Shown here one piece after another: positions 1 through 11,609 of a stretch of DNA of 64,000 nt (position 1 is the first letter of the stretch; the number at the start of each line of letters is the position of its first letter). A program made the translations under genes and the position numbers. This stretch comes from Nymphaea colorata (Eukaryota), in the NCBI RefSeq assembly GCF_008831285.2, contig NC_045138.2:8060001-8124000 (forward strand). The letters run 5' to 3'. The notes below the pieces were generated by a model, which had not been told where the DNA came from, did not search any database, and worked only from the letters and a program-made list of their open reading frames with translations.

Positions 1-263
1 AAATTAACAAATTATTCTTCATTATTTTCAAATGTTAAATATCTAACCAACTTGTTTCTTTTCTTTATTTTTCCTTTGGCTTGAAAGGTCTCTTGTATTC
101 CTCACCTTCAAAAGCGGATACCTTCAATCACGTCCCACTTTAAAAAAATTCATCAAAGTTTCTGTGCTTTCACTAAAGCCCATGATTTCTTTGTCATCGT
201 CAGATGCAAAAGAAGCTTCTCAGGCATGTGTTTAGTTATCGATTAAACAAACAATGGAAGTAC

Positions 264-1700
264 CCATTTTAATTTCCCGTGGGAAAGGCTAAGCCTCTTG
301 AAAGCTGAAACCATGTCTGGTCTGTTCTGTGCTGTGGCTCGTTTTAAGAGGACCCTCCTAAACGAGTGAAGCACAAACTCCCAGAGGCGGTACAAGCGAG
401 AAATGCTTCTCAAAACGAGAAAAGAATCAAAGAAATGAATTACAACGAAGGATGAACGCAACAGGCTGCAATTTTCATGGATTCAACCAATTATGTAGCA
501 TATTGTGAAAGTAAACAAGTGTAATCATGAGTATGCACTCTTGGAAATGCCGCCCAGTTTGTATATGACAACTGTTTGCAATTTTCCACTTACTGCCAAT
601 CATTTTAGATCGAAAGAATGCTGAAAATGATCAAGTTCGTTCTGATTATTGATGTTGGCCAACTGGATCGTAGAAGCACATTTATGTGATTACCTAGAAG
701 AAGGCGCGCAGCAGTGTACTCCATTGTTGCCTCCAGTTATTTTTCCGGTTCTTGGTCTGATGAACAAACTGGGTACAGAGAGAACCCCACCATATACGTG
801 ATAAGAGCGTCAGATTACAAAGATGGTCCACTAAAGGAAACAAACCTGTTGGTTTATCCACTCATCAAGTCTAAAGTCTCCCAAAATCCTAACTCAAGAA
901 GTTGCTTGAGATTGAGACCTATAAAAACTTCAGGAATATTCCAAAATTTTCACATTCTTCAGTTAAGACGCACAAAGATCATGACGTTTTCAGTTGCTAT
1001 TTTCTAATGATTTATTTATTCTGTTGAATGAGATTGAAAAGAAAAAAGGTAACTGTTCTTGCCGATACAACAGGAGGTGCTCACTGAAGCATCCATTCTC
1101 ATGTTTTTCATTTCGAGCACCGATTCCGCACCATGGTGTTGAACCTTCTTAATGGCAGTACAGTTTTTATCAAATCTCGACATGTTTTAGCTGCTTCAAG
1201 TGAAGCAAGTCTCGAGTTCAAATTCCTTTGATTTTCTTTTTCCTCCTTTATAACCATAGTCCTCTCATGCGTTCCTCCACCTCTGAGGCTTACTCTACGG
1301 TGTATTGGGAGAAAGAAACCGTAGCAGAAGGAGCGTTCAATAGCTAAAGACAAGATCACGGAGCCCGATTGTGAAATATCAGGTACGAACTTTCAATTCG
1401 ACCTTCCTGACTATGCAGAAGCGTGTTGTAAAGCAGGATTCAGTGAAAAACGGGCTCTATATCTGATCCAGAGAAATTGAAAAAATAAAAAAAAAAAAGA
1501 CTGCTGCAATAATAAACTTCAAAAGACATAACAAGAACATGGGAGTGGCCTGCATCGATCAGTCACCTGGTCACTGCTTTCAATATCGGAAGCTCGGGCA
1601 GTGTGGGGAAGGGAAGAGAAAGAGAGAGCGGTTAAAGTGGGGGAAAGGAGAGAGCTTGGCAGGGTTGAAAAGCTGAAGCTGAGGCTGCTTTCTGCAATAA
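264..1700 (-). other. Probable multi-exon 5' leader of a minus-strand gene whose main CDS lies left of the window
   Basis: Minus-strand splice signals: donor CAG|GTGACT (~1568), T-rich acceptor ...TTTCTCTGGATCAG| (exon from 1462), donor TAG|GTAATC (694), acceptor TTGCAG| (465), donor TGG|GTACTT (264). A CT-rich first-exon-like segment lies at 1600-1690. No long CDS; the TSS is approximate. Confidence 0.45.
440..724 (-). CDS. Intron-spanning upstream ORF, 18 aa MEYTAARLLLACCVHPSL (join 724-694, 465-440)
   Basis: ATG in good context (ACAATGG). GT-AG intron 693-466; 31+26 nt = 19 codons ending TAA. Confidence 0.4.
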
Positions 1701-2361
1701 CTGCAACGTCGTCGTGAGATGATATTGGACGCACCTCCTCATTTAATGTTTCGATTTGACGTTTCAGATTCCGCCACAATGCTATCTCTCTCTCGCGAAT
1801 CGCGATCATCTTTTTTTTTTTTTTTTTTTGCTTTCTTAATGAAACAACAAAGAATGATTCATACTTGGGATTTAGCCTTAGGACCTTCGTTTTACCGACA
1901 TTCCGAAGACGGCTTTGGTTCAGATTTTGTGGTATGTAGCGTCGAAACCGGCACTATCAGAATCGGTCGGTCTGGGCAGACCTACCACTAATTAGAAAGC
2001 CCAAGCTTGTGTTAAACCCTTGGTCTTTTGAAAGAGGTCGTTCGGCTATTGAGGATAGATTCATATACTCCCCAACTGTTCCTCCTACCAAACAACCTCT
2101 TAAGGTACCGATCCTATTGTGGATCTAAACTTAATAATTCTGGTCAATATAATGGGAAAAAGGAAATTGACAATAAATGTGATAAAGTTTATGTTTTTCG
2201 AATTTGGAAGGAGGGTTTTTCACCTTTTTGTTTATAGACAAAGCATCATTGTCAGTTTCGTCTATACCATAAAAGTTTATGTTCTGCTTGTGGAAGCGTG
2301 GTAGTCAAACTAATTCAGCCGAGAAAACTAAACCAGCATAATCTTCAGGCTTAATCTAAAA

Positions 2362-2522
2362 GGGTGTTGGGCAATTGGTGAATTTCTCTCAAACATGATG
2401 GCAGATTCATCAAATATTAAAATGTAATATTTGATTATTTTTCCCAACTAGTGTTATAAGAATATGTCTTAATATTTGGGATAGATTTTTGAAACACTTA
2501 TTATTTTTGTTGCCAAATGCCC
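2362..2522. mobile_element. Tourist/PIF-Harbinger-like MITE
   Basis: Imperfect TIRs GGGTGTTGGGCAA ... TTGCCAAATGCCC, ~160 bp AT-rich interior, A/T-rich flanks. Confidence 0.5.
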
Positions 2523-4748
2523 TTTAAGGTATTCAAGTTGACATCCGATGGCCTTCCTCTTTTACCAACTTCTCAACCATGGAATCAAAGTTAACAGAGT
2601 GGGATGAAAGTATGCTCTTATCTGACAATATTAGTGAGTAAAAGTGAAATTTGTGTAGAAGTAATGGTGAGCAACGGTTATCTCCAGGAATTTACTTCAA
2701 ATTTGGCCTTTGACGGCTATATACATTCTTATCGCGATTAGGTTTTCTTGCTTTCGAGTTTATCTTTTCTTGCATTCATATCATTTTACTCTTTACAAAA
2801 CCTTTCAAAAATATTATTTTTAGTGTCTATAGGGATGGGAGATCAACTAAGCAGCTTGTAGTTCGGATTTGCCAAACTTGTAGTAAAAACTTCTAAAAAA
2901 GCTTGTCAAGTCTATTTTTACTTAGTCTATTTAGAGAATACATAATCTGCATAAACACACGCATAGGAAAAGTCAATGTTGTTTGTGCTGGATAGTGGCC
3001 GGATTGTTAAAATTTAAAATTTTATCATTAAATAAACTTTAAAATATACGACCTAAGGAAAATACTAGTACGGTCATCAAATTTATCCTGAATATCTACA
3101 AGATACCAACTAAAATTACTTTTTAAAATCAAATTATAATTGTCATTAACTTTTTTGAAAGATAACTTTGTACCTGACACATTGGTATCTACAAATATAT
3201 TAGTCCACATTACTCCCATGAATATTTAATTAGTTTATATATCTACTCACCATTGAGTTGAAAATAAGGCATTAGGATGTACCTAACCGAAAACATAGTT
3301 AAATAAGTAAGATACTTTCGTAAAGGACCAAAAATACCATTAAGAAAGAAGATTTAAGACATTACATATTCACTTTTCAAATTTCCAAATCGATTCTCTT
3401 GTTTTTAGATTATTGGACTTAGATTGATAAGCCAAAATGGCCGAACCATTGGCCTTTATATCTTTATAAAATTTTATATGCACAATAAAACATTATAATT
3501 TGTTGTCTCGATCATTAACAGGTTTCTTAACCGAGATCAATAATATTCTAACCAGCTTTTGTGAAAAGCACTTGGATATTACTTTTTTTCTTCGATTCCC
3601 AAAATTATCTTTATATTTTTTATTATGTTCAAAATTATCCTTAAATTAAGGGCAAAACTGTCGTCCGTTTTGGTTAAAACGCATAGTTTATACTCTCCAA
3701 CTTAGGAGGATGTGCAGGATGAATTTAAAAGGCTTGAAATATAAAGGAAAAATAAGAAATATGGCAAATAAAGAAGGTTCTATTAAGAAAAGATTCTAAA
3801 ATTAAATTCATGGTAAGGGAGTCTATTATCAACTCGTCTGAAACTTTAATTAGTAGCTACAGACACCTACGTTTGCTTGCTTTTCTGATTCTATATCCTT
3901 GTTGAATCCAAGCAAGATTCTCAATAAATTTTGTACTTTGTACTTAGCACAATTTTCACCATCCCCAATTTTTTGGCTTGTCATTTGCCAATTCGCCAAA
4001 TCTCTATTAATTTCAATAAAACCGGCCTCAATTTGGCAAAAAATGATTATTTATAAATTAAATAAATAAGAAATATAATATAAACAATAAAAACAAGAAA
4101 ACTCTAAACATATTTACAAATAATAAAAAAAACCTAATGACTTGTTGGGAAAACAAGTAGATAGTTGTCTGTCATATACTTGGGAATCATCTAGCCATCT
4201 AGGCCATTGGTCAATAAAACGAAACCATATATATTAAGTTGCAAATATAAAAATTAGACTGTTTTTTCGAAAGTCTAAAATACCGTTCAACAGAAAAGAG
4301 AAAAGAGAAAAGAGAAGAGGAAAATAAATGAATATCCTTAAACAAAACCAATTGTTGCTTTTGAGGGGTATTTCATGTTCTTAAAAAAATAACTTAACTT
4401 ATATATCTCTAACTTAATCTTCTCCTTAATCCTTAAAATTGAAGACAAGAAGCCCGGCATATAAAAGTCTGGTAATTACAAGTTTTTCAACTTGTGGCTC
4501 TTAAAAAAATTCATTTATAGTATATAAAATTTTAAAAAATTATATTTTAACTCCTGTTAAAATTTTGTCGTCCCGTAAAAAAAATTCCTCGCTCTAATCC
4601 TTTTTAGCACCCATTTCTATTTAGTTAACAGTGATCTGCACATGGCCAGGCAACCGACACGAACTCAACCTAGCTGCCTACTGAGCTGCCGGACGCCGAG
4701 CAACGGCATTGGCACGGAAACGGCACGATGGCCATTTCAAAAGCGAAG

Positions 4749-4890
4749 GAACACCATCTCCTGGAAGTCGTTCTTGCTTTTGAAGCCATATCGTTTAATA
4801 TTTAATTTTTGGCAGCATCGTGTCGTAAATGAAGAAACACCATCTCCTGGAAGTGATTCTCGTTTTTTGAAGCCGTATCGTTGAATAATA
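4749..4890. repeat. Two imperfect direct copies (~85 bp period)
   Basis: AACACCATCTCCTGGAAGT...TTTTGAAGCC(A/G)TATCGTT(T/G)AATA occurs at ~4750 and ~4835. Confidence 0.75.
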
Positions 4891-5479
4891 ATTTAATCCT
4901 TCTCAGTGTCGTGTCGTTGGCTGAGGAGCAGACTGAACCGCCCGATTTCGGCCACATTCACGTCGGCAGAAACTCCACAGGTTGCATAAAATTTCGTGTT
5001 TCGTTTTTTTGGAGTTGTGCTGCTGATGAAATAGACAGGTGATTGACAAGGCTGCAGCGGCACGTTGCCCCAATCAATCTGACGCTTTTACGACCTTTCT
5101 CTCGTATCTCTCTCTCTTTCTTTGGCCTTCTTTTTTTCCAGCTAAATACGTGAAGGACACTACAGGAGGAGAAGGTAAAAAGAGGAAGCAACACTGAAAG
5201 CGATAGACCGATCGATGGCGAGGTAACGGATGAGAGAAGCTGGCAAAGGAAAGAGAGAGAGCGGAGAAGAGGAGAATCAGAAAAGATATATGTTAAAAGA
5301 AAATGCCGTTCATGGGGCGGAGAGCCCATGCTTTTCCCCGCTTTGATTCAGAATGCAAGCTCTGGCAGATCTCATAAATTCTACAGGGACGGCGTACTCC
5401 CTTGACTCCCATGCCATTTTGAAACGGAAAGGTTTCTTCCATTAAATCGATGGCGATAGAGAGCTGGACGATTCCCCAT

Positions 5480-5759
5480 ATCAAGCCAAACCAACCAACA
5501 TTCTCAGCTTCTGCTCCAGCCATGCAGAAGCTTTGCTTTCAGGCGGGGGTCCATGGCGGTTCTTTCCAAGAGAAGCTCTCTTTTCTGCGGTTGAGAAGGT
5601 GAAAGGAGCTCCATATGAAGCTCATGGCCGACATAGATGATGATGCCGCTTCGCCGAACTTATCGTTTCTGTGAAGGCTGGCGTATGCTCGCTTTGTTCA
5701 TTCTTGGCTTTGCCCATAAGCATGGCGGCAAGGCACTGTCTGTCCTTATAAGCCTGTGA
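5480..5759 (+). pseudogene. Degraded PLS-class pentatricopeptide-repeat (PPR) gene fragment
   Basis: Across frames and stops, in the right order: IKPNQPTFS (cf. KPNxxTF), VHG, LHMKLMADIDD (cf. LxMYAKCGDIDDA) and LFILGFAHKHGGKALSVL (cf. AMISGFAQHGxGKEALxLF). Confidence 0.45.
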
Positions 5760-6105
5760 GTTTCATTTTCTTTTCTATGCTCCTACGTTGGTAGCTTGAA
5801 ATGATCATGAAGTTTTTTTATATCTTCATCCTTTCTGTTAGAGAAAAAAAAAGCCATCTAGATTGTTATCCTAACCAGTACGCTACTCTTCTTGTCTCAT
5901 ATATACCTAATTTCATCATGCTCTTCCTCTTTTTTCTTTTTCGGTTGTTTTTGAGAAAAAAAATCAAATTTTGTATAACTCGTTCATTTGTTCAAAAGTG
6001 TCCTACCATCTCTTAGATTCTATCCATAACTTGGGTATTTGACAAGTGACTCCTCCGTAACTGGTGTTGCATGAGCATGGAGCCCACATGCAGTGGCTTA
6101 TGAGA

Positions 6106-6127
6106 ATATATATATATATATATATAT
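6106..6127. repeat. (AT)n microsatellite
   Basis: Direct reading. Confidence 0.9.
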
Positions 6128-7250
6128 CTATATATAATCTTGAATATTTCATCTTGAAGACTTTCTAGATATGCATATGGGATTTCAATAATGCACAACA
6201 GACGTGGGTCCCCTTCCAATTTTGGAGACCAGGAGGCGGGCCCGCTCATGCATGAGATCTTAGCAACATGCCATGGTTCTACTGAAGTGTGTAACACATA
6301 AGCTCATGGGGTCAGGCTTGTTAGGGTAAAGGCCAAGTACATCCCTAACATGTGGTCAACAACGCCGTATTCTTTTCTTTGTCTAGCATGCCTTAAATTA
6401 CATATTTAATTGTTAGGGCATCTTCTTAATTATGCAGGGCATTATGATGCCTCAGCCATGTGAAACATTCATTTTGTCCCCTTTTGCCAAAAGGGTATAC
6501 ATTTCAACTTTCTTAAGCACTTGGGAAGGCTTAGTTATTGACTTATTTAATATCCAAGTGGCAAAAAAAAAACCCTAATGATTGCAAAACACCAAACTTA
6601 ATGGCATATATGCCAAGATGTCAAATAATTGGTGATTTGGCTTGTAGAAGCAAATCATGTACCCAGGAAATCAATAAAAGAATTATCAATAAGGAAAACC
6701 CGTTGACAGCCACATATGCCTTGGCCCCATCAAAAGCAGTTCATTTCTTCCATCTTCCAATGGATTTTTGTCTTTGTTTACCATGTTTCCTTTGCTATGC
6801 TACAGTAAACAGTGTGCCTACGTGCTTCTGTGTTCATGCTTTAAAGGGTGCTATACACCACACAATGCACAGTTCACAATGTATGGCCACAGCTTCCCAT
6901 TCAAAATGCTAAGTATCTGAACTGTTTCCGTCCTTGCTGCAATATATATGCTCATGTTTAAGTACTGTTGTCACTTGTTCTCTTCCTTTTCGAAAAAAAG
7001 AGTTGGCTCCATCTGCTCGAGCGTTACTTAAACATTCATAGTCACTTGTCATTCAACAAACGTTCTATTAAAAACTACGGAAAGCAATATTTCACGAACA
7101 CGCAATTGCTGAAGAACGAAAAGTATAAAAAAGAGATGCCGTGTTCGAAATAGAGATATATGCTTGCCATGGCCAGTATCAGTAAGCCGCACAAGACCAA
7201 AACTTATAAGAGAGTTACATGTCTACGAGAAAAATTACTTCCATGCATGT

Positions 7251-7252
<2 letters not shown>

Positions 7253-7289
<37 letters not shown>
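7253..7289. repeat. (AT)18 microsatellite downstream of the YABBY stop codon
   Basis: Direct reading. Confidence 0.95.
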
Positions 7290-7291
<2 letters not shown>

Positions 7292-7555
7292 CTAAGTTCC
7301 ACAGAGCCCATTTTGTCTCTTAAACGGGTGGCTGAACCGCTAGTGCATGAAACAAATAAATCTAAACCATATCTTGGCAAATTGACATGAAAACAACTGT
7401 ATTTATAATATTTAGGGAACCATGACCACAGTGTGATCAATCGAAAGTCAAATATAAGCATGTAGATTGGAGGACTAGTTATTGTCTCTGGAATCCTCAA
7501 ATCATAGTTCAAACATGCCAAAACGAAGTAGTTATCCATATATTTACTGGCACAA

Positions 7556-7672
7556 TTATTGAAATGTTTGACGCACCGCTGTGCCTCCACCTAGAAAGCT
7601 GGTATCGTCAAATTTCGCTTGCTTGTTGCCTTCCAGAGATAATCCAAACTGAATGTGAGGAAAATGAGCCCA
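7556..7672 (-). CDS. YAB2: YABBY exon 6 ([38 protein letters not shown])
   Basis: Acceptor ATGCAG|TGGGCT; TAA at 7558-7556. Confidence 0.93.
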   Translation of the reverse strand, partial: WAHFPHIQFGLSLEGNKQAKFDDTSFLGGGTAVRQTFQ

Positions 7673-10600
7673 CTGCATAACAAAAACTCCATAAGATAAG
7701 TGCGTAACAAGAACTCCATAAGATAGTAGGAAAGCAAACGGATTACATTATGTAATACTTATTTTGTTCATACGGTGAGAAATAAATGAGTTTGGCTAGA
7801 GGAATGTTAACAAGAAATGGAGTTTAAGTCTCCATAGCCGAAATCGTTTTCAGTAGGCAATGACATATTGGTTAGAGGGGAAACAAGCATTCCCCATTTG
7901 GGCCAGCAAACCATGAGATGTTTTCTTCTTTTTGACACTTTTTTGAGAGAAAAAAGGCCTATTATCCCCATGACCTCATGCTAGTTCAAGGGTATTGTAC
8001 ACCATGCATGCACCTTCTATGTTGTATGAGGTTACCTAAGGAAATCCACAGATTATATAATTTGTGGATGCTAAGTTAATAAATAAAGCAGATGGACTAA
8101 TAAAATAAAAAAAATATCTCTCAAATTTCTTGGGATTGCAATGCAATTTGATGGGCCCCTATTTTATTACTCAATGTTCCCACTAAGTTAGATAGAGATT
8201 GAAAAGGTTTGAGAAGGAGTGATCGACAGCCAGCTTTTGATCGACCGAAATAAAATCCCAACCTAAAAGTTAATTATCCAAGTCGCATATAGTGTTGCAA
8301 ACTCATATTCCTTCGATGCATGTGCATTTGTTTCCTTATGTCACAAACGAAATGTTACAAATTCATGGTCCCTTGTCGATAGTTAGATATTCAATAATCG
8401 ACTAAATAAATCCTACATTAGTCAATCACACATTTCTTTGATTACTAAGTAGTTTTCATTCTCTAACTTAATTGTTCGAGTTCCTAGTCCTATTTGAATA
8501 TGAGTTTTAATTTCCACTAGTTGCAGTGGAGAATGCCTCTACTTTTCACTATAACTTTATTGTAATGGTTCTTTATGTTCAACCTTTGAAGTCTAAATAT
8601 GCTTAAATGACTCTATAGTTGTCCAGTAAAAGCATTCTCCTCCTGGGTAGAAGAATGTACTTAGGAGCTTCAATTGAAGAATGAACGGACATAGTAGTTC
8701 TACAACAAGGCATGAGCTGCCTAGCGCAGGTGGCAGAAAGCTGCCCAGATGAGAATCAACGCACCTTCTTTTCCCAAGGGAAAAAGAAAAGAAAAGGAAA
8801 GGATAAATGTTCTATTTCTGGGTGGCAGAAAGCTGCCCAGATGAGAATCAACGCACCTTCTTTCCCCATGCCTGTTGGGTCCTAGTCAATGTCAGAGCCT
8901 AGGATTGGTAAAGGTGCACCTTTACCTTGGTGCCATTCCTCACCCTCTATGGCCCAAGAAAATAGCAGTCACGAGAATCAAAATAGAGATGCCAGGTTAA
9001 TCATTGCCCTCCTCCTTAGTAGCTATGCTATACATCTCATGTTCTCTTTATTAGGGTTAAAGTAGGGTTGTGAAAATCAGTACTTGAATTGAACTGTTAG
9101 TGATTGATTTGGTAAATCGGTCAATTTAGTAAACTGATTTATTGATTAAAATAACTTTTAAAAATCAATATATAAACATTAATTTAAAAATAAGAAGACT
9201 AAACATTAATTTAAAAATAAGAAGACTCTTTAAAGTTTCGAAAAATAGTTAAAAGTTAACACAGAACTTTTCCATTGGCCACTGAGTTCAATTGACTTGT
9301 CATTGATTCAATTTGAATTGGTTATTTCAAGCCTTTGAGTTAATTTTATTGACACAAAACGCAAAGAAAGGTAGGCACCTGAATGAAGGTGTGAGCATAC
9401 ATCTTGTGCGCGTACGAATTCCACTTAATTAATTTTTCTTTTCTTATTGACTTCCTAACTGTTTTTTATATCATATTCTTTTCAATAGGACAACAATTGA
9501 TGTGACTCGGACCAACTCAATAGAACTATTGTAAGAAATCATGCAGAAACTGGAAGAGGGAAAGCAAACTATCAAAATAAATGTCCTAAACCACTATACT
9601 ACTATGTAATTTGTTATTGATGTGAAATTGCCATCTTAAGTTCTCTGTATCATTATTTATTTTATTTAATATCTTATAATTATTTATAGAAATTTCCTCT
9701 TTCTTAATGATTCTTAATACAGTTGCGCCGTTACTGGTTGATAGTTTAGATTAGACACTTCTTTTTCCCATCCTCCTTGACCATGTAACTTTTAATGTCA
9801 TAGCCTTCCCTCTAGGATATATCATTTTGATCGTATGCTGTTTTTCAGACAGCAAGCTTCTTTAATTTTATTAGCTTAAGGACTCACCTGGCTATACTTT
9901 TAGTACCAAGGTTTTGTAAAGCAAGACGACCCTTTACCTTGCAGGTGCACTTGAAATTTCTCCAAAATGCAACCTTAGTCACCTTGGACTAGTAATAATA
10001 GGATCTTCTCCCCTCTTCTGTTCTGTAAGTTCAAGCAATCTGCAACTCCAATGTATGCTGCTAATAGTATTATGACAATATTTGGCATTAAAATATTAAA
10101 TTCCTAGAGTTTTTTTTTTTAAATTTCATTATTTTAATCCATGATGTTGTTATATGGAAATGGACATTTCAAGGTTTATGAGGAAATATTTACATGAGAA
10201 AGGAATGATCACATTACTGATCCATCAGGCACAAACCTAATTTCCTTTGAAGAATTTATTTAACTTATTAACATATTATTAATAGTTGTGAACCTTTTCG
10301 ATTTGCCCACTGTTATGAAACAGCCACAACTGAAGTCATAAGCAAAAGTTTCCACATATCTCCATGGTTGTTTGAACCTCAAGGTCATACCATTTCATGA
10401 AGTTAAGTGTCTTCTTAGCAAGATTTACATCTTTGTACCAACTCTTGAAAGTTATTCATCAAAACTTATTAACTAAAACTTTTATTTCTAAATCTATGTT
10501 TTCAAAGTTAAGCAAACTTTAAATGTTGTGTTCATATTCTTAAAATGGCAAGATCAGACTATTTCTATGAGAAGATGTTAATTTTCCAGCTTGTTCATTT

Positions 10601-11577
10601 TCACCAATGAACTCTAGTTGAATTATATAGGTTTAAAATAATATGCCCTTTTAGTTTCTTCATGCTAATAATTAGGGCCACCTCATCCTTAGTGTTCACC
10701 ATCTTCCCTTTGTTCTTAGAAAAACTCAGCAATTTCACAAAAAATATTGAGCTTGATCCATATGTTTGGATGAGGGGAAGCTGCGTGAAGAAGGGTTGAA
10801 GCCCTCTCCATTTTCCCTTGCACCTAGGATCTAGGATTACTTTGGGACCTGAGTGGACCCATTGTACGCCCATCAACAAGATGCCGCATTGCCACCATTT
10901 GTAGTCCTTTCAGTCTAGAGGAGTAGAGCCTTCAGGCGAGCTCACTAGCCTAACCAGCTATACTATGCTCCTTGAGGTGAGCTTGATCCATATTTACGGT
11001 TGTGCTTTATTATCTTTTAACAGATATCAAGTTGACATGGGGTACATGCATTTTTATGACCCAATGGCGGTTTGCCTAACCCTATATAGACATTACTAGA
11101 TTTTTTTTTTTTGACATACTTTAGCCATTAATGCTTCTTTTAATGAAAGTATCTGCGTACTAGAGCAGTCCAATATGACTCATCAAGCAACACCTAAGAG
11201 AAGTACTACATTTCAAAAAGAAAAAAAGTAACTCCTCACCTTCATAGTTTCATAAAATCTCCTTCATTCTTAGATGAAATTACAACCTCTCTCTCTCTCT
11301 CTCTCTCCATACGTATATGGGGACACTTATGACTTAACATTGATGCCACATTTAAGGGGACGGAGGTTGGGTTCGAAAATTCAGCTTATTGGGAATTTTG
11401 TTGTTAAACTCAATGAGCCAACTTGTGAATGGACATCGCTTGCCTTGGCCCCCTAACCGATTCAAAAGTTGGCGTGGTGATTCAGTCAGTAACCAAACTC
11501 GGCCGACTCTGTGGCTGGACGCGTCCGTCACAATCATGAATCGGCCAGGTAAACTGATGAGTTGTGTGATTACTAAA

Positions 11578-11609
<32 letters not shown>

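Noticed and set aside
1719..1991. ORF with PPHLMFRFD, superficially like the RbfA C-terminal motif
   Set aside because: The motif is isolated, followed by a poly-T run, and has no upstream RbfA exons; the region looks like the promoter of the minus-strand gene.
7204..7590. 128-aa minus-strand ORF overlapping the YABBY stop
   Set aside because: Different frame from exon 6, GTG start, runs through an (AT)n tract; most likely 3'UTR.
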